64,000 nt of DNA from Candidatus Thalassarchaeum betae (GTDB lineage: Archaea > Thermoplasmatota > Poseidoniia > Poseidoniales > Thalassarchaeaceae): positions 128,001 through 192,000 of the forward strand of contig PSPG01000001.1 in assembly GCA_003193925.1 (NCBI GenBank), written 5' to 3'. The position numbers and the translations under genes were made by a program. Each line of letters opens with the position of its first letter. Positions within the stretch are counted from its first letter, which is position 1. Of the stretch, positions 28,667 through 38,211 are shown in pieces. The notes below the pieces were generated by a model, which ran no database searches, was not told the DNA's origin, and saw only the letters and a list, made by a program, of their open reading frames with translations.

Positions 28667-31600
28667 GTGGAGCAGGTGCGCGACTTCAGCAAGCTCGCCG
28701 GGCTTCTGCTCGAGCGGCGCCCACAGGTGCACATCACCATCCTGCTGGTCTCGCTACTGATGATTCCCGGAATGCTCGCCAGCCTGACTCCGATAGACAT
28801 CGAGTCCTACGACATGGAATCCCCCGAACTTACTGCTTACAAGGTGCTCAACGAGGAATTCGCCTCCGCTGAAGTGATGTACGGGATGATGGTGTCGATT
28901 CGCGACCCAACGCATTATTCGAGCGGTCCCGAAGCCCCTCACCGCGACGCTGATGGGAACGTTCTGACGGAACAGCTCCCCCAGATTGAGGAGAGGATTG
29001 CCTATCCCGGGGACAATGCCGGACTGGTCGGTGAGGGAGTTCCCATCGGTGGTATACTGAACCTCACGGTTCTGCGTGAGATTGACGGGAAGGCCGCTGA
29101 GATACGCGCCGACCCCATCTCAGAGTTCTCCCGCCCCATGGTCAGCGAACTGACGGGAGAGGGGAGCGATGGGGTGCTGGCTCTGCCGGACCAGTTCCGC
29201 TCGTTCATGTCCAATCGCTCTATGCTGACTCGCGACACGGTGAACGAGTTCGGGCAATTCGTGCCTGCCCGCACCAATTGGACCGACTGCTGGCCGCTGG
29301 AGTGTCTCGAGTTCGATGACCCGGGAATCACCCAGTCCCACATCGACCTCGCAGCCCATCGCATGATTGCCTCGAGCGAAGGCGTCTTCATGCGCTGGAT
29401 GTCCACTGACCGAGGATTCACCTCCGATCCCAGCAGCCCGGTCATTGGCCCGATCGGTGGTAGGATTACCGAGGACGGCACCTTCGAGGGTGCGGAATGG
29501 GGACCGGGTCGTTGGTCGGCCTCTACGACTTGGATGCTCCTGCAAGTCAGCCGCGACGCGATGGAGGAAAGCGGTTTCACCCATTCCTGGAGCAACGCCA
29601 GATCGGAGCCGGATGGCTGGTCATATCATGGCCTGCAGCTTCTCACGACGCCCCCTCACCGAACCACAGAGGAGTGCAGGGCGCTAGTGGAGGGAGGAGG
29701 AGCCCCCTGTGCGGCCGAGTGGGCCATAGTCGCGCTCGAGGAGAATATCCGAACCACCGACCAGTTGACCGTTTCGATGATAATCGGCGAGGGGATCAAC
29801 GTCGAAGTCAACCGAGAGCTCCAGGAATCCGCGATTCTGCTTGCCGGGATGGCCATAGCGATACTCGTGCTGCTTTGGTTCAGCCTCCGACGCCTCTCCG
29901 ACGTGGCAATCGTCGGCGCCACCTTGGTATTCAGCCTCCTGTGGATGCAGGGCCTTATTGGCTGGGGCATAATCGTCGGAAGCGAATTCGACCTCAAGAT
30001 CATCAGCCGCAGCCAGTTCTCCATTCTGCTACCGATACTGATATTGGCTCTCGGTATCGATGATAGCCTCCACGCGCTTCACCGATACAAGGAGGAGAGA
30101 CGGAACGGCAAGCCTCCCGAGGACGCCGCCCGCGTCTCGCTCACGCGCGTCGGCCGCGCGATAATGCTCACCTCGTTCACCACCATGGCGGCCTTCGCCG
30201 CCAACTTCACGTCGGAAATACCGGCCCTGCGCTCGTTCGGCTTGGAAGCGGCGTTCGGCGTAGGCTCCGCATTCATTCTCACAGGGCTCTGGGCTCCGAT
30301 TATCAGGTTGGACTGGGATTTATGGATCTTGAAGCGCGGTGAACTTGGAGAGGAGGACGGGACCACTTTGCACATGATTCGGGAGGAATGGCTCGCAGAG
30401 GTCGCGGGAACCTCCTCGAAGAAGTCCTCGCTCATCTTGGCTGCTGTATTGGTCCTCTCAGCGCTGGCCGTGCCGATGATGCTCGGTCTCGAGGGCGATT
30501 TCAAAGTCGAGGACTTCTTGGACGGTGAGAGCGATTTCGCCCAAGGCGTCGAGATAGTCAACACGCGGTTCACGGACGAAGGGGAGCCTGCTGCCATCGT
30601 CATCGAGGGCGACATGCTCGACCCAAGGGTGTACGCGGCGATCGGCGCCACCAGGGAGAACATGCTAGATGCCTCTGAGGACGACCCCCAGAGATTCACT
30701 CGCACTCCTCTGGGGGTGCCGGAGTTGCACGGCGTGGACGAGCTCGCTCTGTTCGCGATGGCCAGCATGGGGGCGAATGCCACGCCCTTCATCGAAGCGG
30801 GTTGGGCTTCTGAATCGAACAGCGGTTGCGCTATCACCTCCAACGGCCTGCCTGAGACTACAGACCGAGACTGCCTGAGGTTCCTGTACGGCTTCCTGTT
30901 CACACACGGCATCCCTGAGGGAGGGCTCATCCCGCACATTCCAGCCAGCATAATCGCGTTGTACATCCTGCCCTCATGCGAGTTGGACCCACAGGCAGTC
31001 CACCTCTGTTCTGACGGCAGCGGTCCGAGTTACGAGCGGATGACCCTGCGCTGGGGTGTCAGCGACGCCGAGAAGTTCAACTTGGTCGAATTGACTCTGG
31101 CGGAGCTCGAGAGGGACATGGCTCCGTTCCAGGAGTTGGCCGGTCAGGACATCTCGCTCCGTGTGCCCGTCAGTGAGGCCAGTGAGGAGTTTCCAGTCAC
31201 GTGGGCGATACCGACGGGTGATCCTGTGACCCGGTACGTCGCCGCCTCGAGCATGCAGAACGAGCTGCAAGGGACCCTGATGCTCGGAGTCGTGTTCTGC
31301 CTGATTACGCTGTGGTGGGGATTCAGGAGGGTTGGCGCCAGTTTGAACTCGTACTCAAAGCGCGAACTCGTTCTCTCTCTGCCGGTCATCGCAGGCATTG
31401 CCTACTTTGTTCTCTGGTCGACCGGCTCCGCGACCATCTGTGCCGTGATCACTGTCTGGCTACTGCTCAATGCCGGGCTCTGGGGGACTCGTGCGCTCAG
31501 TATGGCGATGGTCACCACCACCCCCATCATCGTAGTGGTCATCTGGCTCTACGCGATCATCTACCTAGCCGGATACGGGCTCAACATGGTCACCGTCGCC

Positions 31601-31918
31601 ATCGCGGCGATGTCTCTCGGGGTCGGTATCGATTACGTCATACACGTCGTCGAGCGCTACCGTGAGGAACACTCGCGCGGTGCGAGCTCAGAGATGGCGG
31701 TTCGCGCCGTTGGCGGAGCCGCGGGGCTGGCGCTGTTCGGCTCCGCCGTATCCGACGTGACTGGATTCCTCATCATAGCCCAGTCGCCGATGGGCTTCTT
31801 CTCATCTTTCGGCCTGTTCTGCGCCGCGATGATCGGCCTCTCTCTACTCGCGGGCCTAGTGCTCACGCCGGCGTTGCTGAGCACCATCAACAGACATCCG
31901 TCCAACAACTCAGTCTGA
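28667..31918 (+). CDS. MMPL/RND superfamily transporter
   Basis: Two TM bundles with ALGIDDSLH and GVGIDYVIH; large extracellular loops. Confidence 0.88.
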   Translation: MEQVRDFSKLAGLLLERRPQVHITILLVSLLMIPGMLASLTPIDIESYDMESPELTAYKVLNEEFASAEVMYGMMVSIRDPTHYSSGPEAPHRDADGNVLTEQLPQIEERIAYPGDNAGLVGEGVPIGGILNLTVLREIDGKAAEIRADPISEFSRPMVSELTGEGSDGVLALPDQFRSFMSNRSMLTRDTVNEFGQFVPARTNWTDCWPLECLEFDDPGITQSHIDLAAHRMIASSEGVFMRWMSTDRGFTSDPSSPVIGPIGGRITEDGTFEGAEWGPGRWSASTTWMLLQVSRDAMEESGFTHSWSNARSEPDGWSYHGLQLLTTPPHRTTEECRALVEGGGAPCAAEWAIVALEENIRTTDQLTVSMIIGEGINVEVNRELQESAILLAGMAIAILVLLWFSLRRLSDVAIVGATLVFSLLWMQGLIGWGIIVGSEFDLKIISRSQFSILLPILILALGIDDSLHALHRYKEERRNGKPPEDAARVSLTRVGRAIMLTSFTTMAAFAANFTSEIPALRSFGLEAAFGVGSAFILTGLWAPIIRLDWDLWILKRGELGEEDGTTLHMIREEWLAEVAGTSSKKSSLILAAVLVLSALAVPMMLGLEGDFKVEDFLDGESDFAQGVEIVNTRFTDEGEPAAIVIEGDMLDPRVYAAIGATRENMLDASEDDPQRFTRTPLGVPELHGVDELALFAMASMGANATPFIEAGWASESNSGCAITSNGLPETTDRDCLRFLYGFLFTHGIPEGGLIPHIPASIIALYILPSCELDPQAVHLCSDGSGPSYERMTLRWGVSDAEKFNLVELTLAELERDMAPFQELAGQDISLRVPVSEASEEFPVTWAIPTGDPVTRYVAASSMQNELQGTLMLGVVFCLITLWWGFRRVGASLNSYSKRELVLSLPVIAGIAYFVLWSTGSATICAVITVWLLLNAGLWGTRALSMAMVTTTPIIVVVIWLYAIIYLAGYGLNMVTVAIAAMSLGVGIDYVIHVVERYREEHSRGASSEMAVRAVGGAAGLALFGSAVSDVTGFLIIAQSPMGFFSSFGLFCAAMIGLSLLAGLVLTPALLSTINRHPSNNSV

Positions 31919-32073
31919 GTTGTCGAGCACCGAGAACTTGGAAAACTCCCTTCCCACCCATTGCGAGTGCGCGTCAGTCATCATACCCCCCCCCAGGCTA
32001 AGAACGGATCAGACACCTGATTGACGAGGCACTGAAACCACAGTTAAAACCACCCGAGGCACAAGCCCTTCTC

Positions 32074-32397
32074 ATGGAGGGACGCGAGTCGCTGACCGAC
32101 CTCGAACGCGGCGATGAGGACTGCGTACTCCGATTCGCTGACGGCGCGGCCTTCACAGTCAGTTACCTTGCTATTCGATGTCGCTGCCAGTGCGCCAAGT
32201 GCAAGCCCCGTCAGGAGAACGAGCAGAGGCTGCTCGAGTTCGAGGAGGAGGTCGCGAGGCTTCGGGTGGAGAAGCCCAAGGCCGAGCCGGTTGGTCACTA
32301 TGGAATCATCTTCGATTGGCGGACTGGATGCTCCAGTGGAATACACTCCTTCAGCCATCTGAGAAGAGTTGCGGAAGAACTGGGTATCTCGCTCTGA
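32074..32397 (+). CDS. DUF971 / GBBH-like N-terminal domain protein
   Basis: CRCQCAKC, PVGHYGI..W..GCSSGI. Confidence 0.8.
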   Translation: MEGRESLTDLERGDEDCVLRFADGAAFTVSYLAIRCRCQCAKCKPRQENEQRLLEFEEEVARLRVEKPKAEPVGHYGIIFDWRTGCSSGIHSFSHLRRVAEELGISL

Positions 32398-32492
32398 ACC
32401 ACATATTCCCAGCCCGAAGAGGTCAAAGGTGAGCCTTCGGTCGCGTATTCATCGAATACACGGGTTCCCCCCGTGGCTTCGGTGGTGATCCG

Positions 32493-33920
32493 ATGAATTG
32501 GGATGGTCCTGATACAGGCGAGCCGAAGCTCGACGAGGAGGATGAGTGGCAACTCTACGCCAGCGCCGGGTACGCCTCTGCAGAAGTCGTCACCGAGACT
32601 GAGGGGATCGAAGAGGAGGAGCATGAGGAGGTCTGGTTCGACGGCGACGACCTAGAGCTCACCGGCGCCCCGATAGACTGGGACGCACCTCCTTGCCCCG
32701 CCCCGCTCGGGATTGCCCACATCATCAGGATAGGAGCATGCGACCACTGCCTGCACAGGTTGGCCGGCCGCAGGACCGAGCTCCCTGGAGCGCCGGGGGG
32801 CGAGGAGATTCGCATTGAGGCTCTCGCCAGAGATGCAGAGCTGGCTAAGTTCGAGACCCCTGACCTGTGCCCCTTGTGCGAGGACCTGTTCGACGACGTC
32901 GGCAACATCGTCAGCAGAGTCGTCGAGTCCACCGAGGGAATCGAGCATTCCACCATCCAGTTCGGGATCCACCTGCCCAAGGACCTGATACAGGAGGAGG
33001 ACCGCATCCGCAGCAGGCACGGAGCGCCGGCTTCGAGGCCTCTCAAGGCGGCCTTCGTCGACGCCATTCAGAACGAGTTATCCGGGCACATGCCCAATGT
33101 CAAGTTCATCAAGGAGAGGCCTGACCTTATGATACTGGTCGACGGCCTGACCTTGCGTATCGACGTCGATGTAAGACCGGTCTTTCTCTATAGCAGGTAC
33201 CGCAAGCTCAGTCGGGAGATTCCGCAGACCCGCTGGCCGTGCAGAGCATGCAGGGGCAGGGAAGACGGTTGCGAATCCTGCGAGGGGACTGGACTCCAGT
33301 ACCTCCACTCCGTGCAGGACCTCATCGGCGAGCCCCTTCGCATCGCTCTCAACGCCGAGGACACTTCCTTCCATGGCATGGGCAGGGAAGACATCGACGT
33401 CAGGTGCCTCGGCTCGGGCCGTCCCTTCGTCTTGGAGATCAAGAATCCGAAGATTCGCGAGACCGACTTAGACAAACTCGTCTCGACGGTCAATGAGAGC
33501 GCCGAGGGCAAGGTCGAGATCGACTCGCTGAGGTGGTCCAAGCGGGGTGAGGTGAGAAAGGTCAAGGAGACCCGCTCCGAGAAGACCTACACCATCCGAT
33601 TGAAGGTCGACGACATCCCCGATGAGAACACCGTCGTCAAGTCCATCTCGAGCCTCTCTGGGGTCGTGTTGGAGCAGGAGACCCCCAAGAGGGTCTCTCA
33701 CCGCAGGGCGGCAAAGACCCGCAAGAGGAAGATAGTCTCCATCAGCGATGTTTTCGTCGAGGGCGACGAGGTCCAGATGACGCTGCGCTGCGAGGCGGGG
33801 ACCTACATCAAGGAACTCGTACACTCGGACGAGGGCAGGACCGTCCCATCGGTGAGCGGCGCGCTTGAGAGGGAATGCGAGGTCCTGTGGCTCGATGTCG
33901 AGGAGATTCACGCTGACTGA
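32493..33920 (+). CDS. pus10: tRNA pseudouridine(54/55) synthase Pus10
   Basis: RYRKLSREIPQTRW, HGMGREDIDVR, QETPKRV, AGTYIKELVH. Confidence 0.93.
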   Translation: MNWDGPDTGEPKLDEEDEWQLYASAGYASAEVVTETEGIEEEEHEEVWFDGDDLELTGAPIDWDAPPCPAPLGIAHIIRIGACDHCLHRLAGRRTELPGAPGGEEIRIEALARDAELAKFETPDLCPLCEDLFDDVGNIVSRVVESTEGIEHSTIQFGIHLPKDLIQEEDRIRSRHGAPASRPLKAAFVDAIQNELSGHMPNVKFIKERPDLMILVDGLTLRIDVDVRPVFLYSRYRKLSREIPQTRWPCRACRGREDGCESCEGTGLQYLHSVQDLIGEPLRIALNAEDTSFHGMGREDIDVRCLGSGRPFVLEIKNPKIRETDLDKLVSTVNESAEGKVEIDSLRWSKRGEVRKVKETRSEKTYTIRLKVDDIPDENTVVKSISSLSGVVLEQETPKRVSHRRAAKTRKRKIVSISDVFVEGDEVQMTLRCEAGTYIKELVHSDEGRTVPSVSGALERECEVLWLDVEEIHAD

Positions 33921-33995
33921 GCCCTGAACCTCATCCGAGCCCTTAAGAGGAATCGGCAGGTCGAACGCTTCCGCGACCTACGGTCGAAAGGTGAT

Positions 33996-34292
33996 TTGTT
34001 GGCTAAGAGAGCACATGGCACACGCCAAGGCACTCGCAGCATTCTCAAGAAGAAGAAGGCCGAGCGCAGCCGCGTTTTCATCAACCGAGTGATGCACCCC
34101 TACGCCGATGGCGACAGCGTCGCGATCGTGCTTGATGGAGCCCAACAGAAGGGAATGCCCCACCGACGCTTCCAAGGCAAGACAGGAGTCATCTCCGGGA
34201 CCCAGGGACGAGCATACATCATCACCATCTCCGACGGAAACATGCAGAAGACGATAGTGGCCCGCCCCGAGCACCTCAGACCGATCGAGTGA
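33996..34292 (+). CDS. rpl21e: 50S ribosomal protein eL21
   Basis: GMPHRRFQGKTG, RPEHL. Confidence 0.95.
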   Translation: MLAKRAHGTRQGTRSILKKKKAERSRVFINRVMHPYADGDSVAIVLDGAQQKGMPHRRFQGKTGVISGTQGRAYIITISDGNMQKTIVARPEHLRPIE

Positions 34293-34301
34293 GTGATTCA
34301 G

Positions 34302-34655
34302 ATGGTAGAACGCGAGTACGTCGATTTCGCCACCGTCCGCGACTTGCTGCTGGACGCCAACGAGCGCCGAGGCGACCTGTCATACGAGCAGAAGATGGCC
34401 CTTGGTCACGCCGAGTGGGCAGCCAGTGAGAGCCGTGGGGGGATCAAGACCGATAAGGAGGTCTTCCGCGGGCTGCGCGACGCCCTCATGGAAAACGAAA
34501 AACTCTCCCCGCATCCCGAGATATGTGCCAAGTTGGCAGAACTCCACCCCATCGTCGTAGCGGATGTGAGAGTGGTCGTCGCAAGCAAGAGAATCGCGAT
34601 GGACACACCTGAAATCGAGGAGATCATCACTATCATCCGGCGGCACGTGCTCTGA
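34302..34655 (+). CDS. rpo4: RNA polymerase subunit Rpo4 (F)
   Basis: LSYEQKMAL..AKLAELHP; conserved position after rpl21e. Confidence 0.8.
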   Translation: MVEREYVDFATVRDLLLDANERRGDLSYEQKMALGHAEWAASESRGGIKTDKEVFRGLRDALMENEKLSPHPEICAKLAELHPIVVADVRVVVASKRIAMDTPEIEEIITIIRRHVL

Positions 34656-34725
34656 ACCGTCATTCTGACGTTTTTCCGCAACAATTCCATTCAAGGGGGG
34701 GGACCGCTCTGAATAAACGAGGGAT

Positions 34726-35298
34726 ATGCAACCTGGAGGCCAGAGCGAGCCAGACGAGGACGGCCCCGGGCTGTTCGACTCCGAGATTCACGTCAGGATC
34801 CTAGACCTGCAGGAGAGGCGGCCATTCGGACATGAGGTTCACGGTCTGAGCGAGCCCTCCTTGCATCTGGTTCGAGCGAGGGTCAACGACCTCGGGGGAC
34901 TTACGAGCGGCTCCAAAGTCAAAGTCGACTCTGACAGCCTCGGGCCGTTGTCTGAGATCAGGCATCGTGACCTCTCTGCGGCTGCCAACGGTGAGTTGAC
35001 CGAGGCAATCATGGATGTGATTTCGGAGGATTCCGAGAGGCATCTGGGCTTCTACAACCGCGCCAACAACCTCTCACTCAAGATGCACGCCTTCCAATTG
35101 CTGGCGGGCATCGGCAAGGCGAAGGCGCTGCAGATGGTCCAGCTTCGTGGAATGGTCGGTTGGAGCAACTTCGAGAAGGTCGACGAGGCTTGCGGCATCG
35201 ACTCAGCCAGACTGCTCGCAGAGCGTTATGTCAAGGAGATGGAAGACGCAGCCCAATCGCCCCGTCTGCTCGACCTGCTGGTTCGCTCCGAGATGTGA
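34726..35298 (+). CDS. DUF655 putative RNA-binding protein
   Basis: FYNRA..SLKMHAFQLLAGIGK; conserved operon position. Confidence 0.82.
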   Translation: MQPGGQSEPDEDGPGLFDSEIHVRILDLQERRPFGHEVHGLSEPSLHLVRARVNDLGGLTSGSKVKVDSDSLGPLSEIRHRDLSAAANGELTEAIMDVISEDSERHLGFYNRANNLSLKMHAFQLLAGIGKAKALQMVQLRGMVGWSNFEKVDEACGIDSARLLAERYVKEMEDAAQSPRLLDLLVRSEM

Positions 35299-35312
35299 TT
35301 CGGGGTCGGGCC

Positions 35313-36203
35313 ATGGATGACTTGGACACGCGTCTCCTAGTCGACCTCCTGCGAGACAGGGTTCGCCCGAACAGGTCCCTCGGACAGCATTTCCTGGTCG
35401 ATGACGCAGTTATCTCCCGCTCGGTGGTCCTGGCTTCCTGCGCGAACCCCCTCGATTCGGACTCGCATGTGCTTGAGATAGGGCCGGGACCCGGCTCTCT
35501 CACACTGGCGCTTCTGAGGACCGGGGCTAGGGTGACCGCGTTCGAGGTGGACGGCGAGGCCGTCTCCCACTTGCAGCGCGTCTTCGGAGACGCTGACGGC
35601 CACCTCGACCTCCGTCAGGCCGACGCGTTGGAGGGCGACTGGCCTGCTGACGTAACTCACATGGTGGCCAATCTCCCCTATCAGATATCCAGCCCCGTCT
35701 TGGAGAGGATACAAAGGCATCACGCCGAGCATCCAATGGCGGCGGTCGTACTGCTCCTGCAGGCGGAGTTCGCAGAGCGGATGGCCATCAGCAGGAACCA
35801 GGCAGCTCTGAGTCCACTCGGCCTCTCTCTCTGGCTGGATTTCGACGTAGAGTTGGATGCCAAGGTGCCCCCGCACTCGTTCAGCCCCTCCCCCAGCGTG
35901 AGCTCCCGTCTGGCCTTGCTGCGCCCGGTGGACAGGGAGCCCGGGATCGACCGCAGGATGTTCAGGGCCATTACCCAGCACTGCTTCGCCAACAGGCGGC
36001 GGAAGTTGCGGACCCTGCTGTCCAAGCCGCCAAACCGCCTGAGCCGGATCAAGGGCTGGCACAGGCAGCGCTGGGCCGAAGCTGTCGACACTGTCATCCA
36101 GGCTGCTCCAGAGGGTCTCCCGGAAGGCTGGCTGGATCTGCGACCAGAGAATCTGGAGACATCCAACTGGGTCTCTCTCACGAACGCAATTTCGTTGAAT
36201 TGA
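35313..36203 (+). CDS. rsmA: 16S rRNA adenine dimethyltransferase KsgA/RsmA
   Basis: LGQHFL, LEIGPGPGSLT, ANLPYQISS, QAEFAER, RRKLR. Confidence 0.92.
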   Translation: MDDLDTRLLVDLLRDRVRPNRSLGQHFLVDDAVISRSVVLASCANPLDSDSHVLEIGPGPGSLTLALLRTGARVTAFEVDGEAVSHLQRVFGDADGHLDLRQADALEGDWPADVTHMVANLPYQISSPVLERIQRHHAEHPMAAVVLLLQAEFAERMAISRNQAALSPLGLSLWLDFDVELDAKVPPHSFSPSPSVSSRLALLRPVDREPGIDRRMFRAITQHCFANRRRKLRTLLSKPPNRLSRIKGWHRQRWAEAVDTVIQAAPEGLPEGWLDLRPENLETSNWVSLTNAISLN

Positions 36204-36303
36204 ACCGATTTGCTGGGGTTTTGACCACGCCTTGATAGAGCACCCTCGGCTCGGCGGGTCAGGGTGGCGAGCACGCGACGGGCCCGAGCTAGGATGAGTA
36301 CTC

Positions 36304-37395
36304 ATGGCGAAGAAGGACACCTATCTCGCGCTGCTTCGACGCGGCATCGACGAGAACACGGCTCACATCCTTTCCGACAGCGGCGTCAAGGTCGGCGATC
36401 TGAAGAAACTGGACCCCGAGACGCTCATCAACAACTACGGCCTGAAGAGGGGGATAGCGAAGTCTGTCTTGGACGCAGTACGCTCAGGCCCGCGTGACTC
36501 GAGCCAGCAGAGATTCCTCGCCGACGTCCTCTCCGGCCGCGGCAAGAAGAAGGTCGACAAGATCGAGGAGCAGCGCTTCAAGCGGGAGCAGAAGGACCTG
36601 CACGCCGAACTACTCGAGAAGAAGGAGCAACTCAGGATAGCCAGAGTCGAGTCATTCCGCAACAAGAAACTGGTCATGAACCGCCTAGGCAAGACCATCG
36701 AGCTCATCGTCAAGCTGGAGAACACCTTCGATGACGAATCCAAGGACGAACAGCGCTCCAAACTGCGAGACCAACTCGAGACCAGAGGGCTCGAGGCCGC
36801 CAGAGACCACGAGATGCTCGAACTGGTCGGGACACCGCAGGACATCGTCGACTTCCGTCGGAAGATAGCACCGACGCTCTGCCTCCATGCATGCCCCTCG
36901 TGCGGAGAGGAAATGGACCCACGGGGCGGCAATGTCGTGGAGGACATGAGCGATTTCATGCTGGTTTGCTGGGAGTGCGAGGAGGAATTCAGAGCGCCAA
37001 TGGCCCAAATCGTCGAAGATTGGTTGGAAAACGGCTCCAGAATCAAGATCGACCCGAAAAAGAAGCCCCGCCTGCCGGTCGCAAGGCTTCCGAAGAAAAA
37101 GGACACGCCTTCGGTGACCGACTTGATGATCCGCGACCTCGAGTCGACCGGAGCCACGGCAGAGGAGCTCGAGGCAGCCGTGCAGTCGAGCAAGCTCTCT
37201 GGCGTGCTGATGAGCATAGACGACTGGATCGACCAGACGATAGCCGCCAAGGGCTACATCCAGGCGCAGGAGCACCGCGAGGAGTTCATCATCGCCACAG
37301 GCGCGGGGGCTACGAAGTTCAACAAGTGGATGAAGAAGGCTGGACTGGTCTTCAACAAGCAGACTGGCAGATGGACACGTTGGGAAGACCGCTGA
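36304..37395 (+). CDS. Hypothetical protein with HhH-like N-terminus, coiled coil and zinc ribbon
   Basis: Long ORF with strong GC3 codon bias; CPSC...CWEC; basic C-terminus. Confidence 0.75.
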   Translation: MAKKDTYLALLRRGIDENTAHILSDSGVKVGDLKKLDPETLINNYGLKRGIAKSVLDAVRSGPRDSSQQRFLADVLSGRGKKKVDKIEEQRFKREQKDLHAELLEKKEQLRIARVESFRNKKLVMNRLGKTIELIVKLENTFDDESKDEQRSKLRDQLETRGLEAARDHEMLELVGTPQDIVDFRRKIAPTLCLHACPSCGEEMDPRGGNVVEDMSDFMLVCWECEEEFRAPMAQIVEDWLENGSRIKIDPKKKPRLPVARLPKKKDTPSVTDLMIRDLESTGATAEELEAAVQSSKLSGVLMSIDDWIDQTIAAKGYIQAQEHREEFIIATGAGATKFNKWMKKAGLVFNKQTGRWTRWEDR

Positions 37396-37404
37396 GGCAG
37401 GTCC

Positions 37405-37704
37405 ATGGCGGACGAGACCCCCGTCATCCGGTTCTTCCGAGGCTCGAGGCCGCTGGGAACGGCCCGAATCGTGCCTGACACGCCGATTGTGGAGATAGCG
37501 GAACTCGCAGGCGTCGAGATTCCGACTAACTGCACCGCGGGGAACTGTGGGACCTGTCTCGTCAGGCTGGTTAGAGGCCGAGTCGACCTTCCCGAAGAGC
37601 TCCCGCCGGGACTGGACGATGATGTCGTGGCTGAAGGCGGCATCCTGACATGCTGCCTGTACCCTACAGGATCATGCGACATCGACGTGATTCCCCCGTT
37701 GTAG
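37405..37704 (+). CDS. [2Fe-2S] ferredoxin
   Basis: CTAGNCGTC...LTCC. Confidence 0.88.
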   Translation: MADETPVIRFFRGSRPLGTARIVPDTPIVEIAELAGVEIPTNCTAGNCGTCLVRLVRGRVDLPEELPPGLDDDVVAEGGILTCCLYPTGSCDIDVIPPL

Positions 37705-37712
37705 GTGAGTGA

Positions 37713-37880
37713 ATGGTGGATTGGAGCGATCCCGAGTTTCAGAAGAGCCTGATTATCTCGATAATCGGCTTGAGCGCGGGCATCTGGTGGATATCTGGCA
37801 GGATTCGGGCCAAGTTGGCTGAAGTCGAGGAGAGAAGGGCTAGGAGATGGCATGAAACCGATGAAATCTCGGACGAATGA
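37713..37880 (+). CDS. Small single-TM protein, 55 aa (not in ORF track)
   Basis: SD AGGTGA; MVDWSDPEFQKSLIISIIGLSAGIWWISGRIRAKLAEVEERRARRWHETDEISDE*. Confidence 0.6.
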   Translation: MVDWSDPEFQKSLIISIIGLSAGIWWISGRIRAKLAEVEERRARRWHETDEISDE

Positions 37881-37889
37881 CGGGTTTTG

Positions 37890-37903
37890 TTAATAATTAT
37901 TAA
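37890..37903. terminator. AT-only palindrome between convergent genes, possible bidirectional terminator
   Basis: TTAATAATTATTAA perfect 14-bp palindrome preceded by a T-run. Confidence 0.35.
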
Positions 37904-37917
37904 ATAATGCCAGTCAA

Positions 37918-38211
37918 TCACTCGTTCACAGCCGCAGTCCATCGTTCTGCCTGTGGCACTCCAACCACCTCAATATGGCATCCCAGAATGCCTTTCTGCG
38001 AAGTCACCTCGTTTCTCAGTCTAATCAGGTCATCGAGGCAGCACGGGCAGTGGGGATGAGGTGGTTTGACCCACAATTCCACTATTCCGGCCTCGTCGAC
38101 CTCGACCCCCTTCAGAACCGACTCGTCGGTGATTGGCTTGCCGTGCGGCTCGTTGCGACCCCTCAGCACTCTCGCGAGCCTCATCTGAGCCGTTTGCTTC
38201 GCCTTGGTCAC
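37918..38211 (-). CDS. DUF59/MIP18-like Fe-S assembly-type small protein
   Basis: VLRG..EP....I......V....PPHPHCPCC; GTG overlaps the upstream TGA; SD GGAGG. Confidence 0.6.
   Translation of the reverse strand: MTKAKQTAQMRLARVLRGRNEPHGKPITDESVLKGVEVDEAGIVELWVKPPHPHCPCCLDDLIRLRNEVTSQKGILGCHIEVVGVPQAERWTAAVNE

Noticed and set aside
32445-32475. Two short hairpins upstream of pus10
   Set aside because: Only 6-bp stems with no recognisable RNA motif, compatible with chance.
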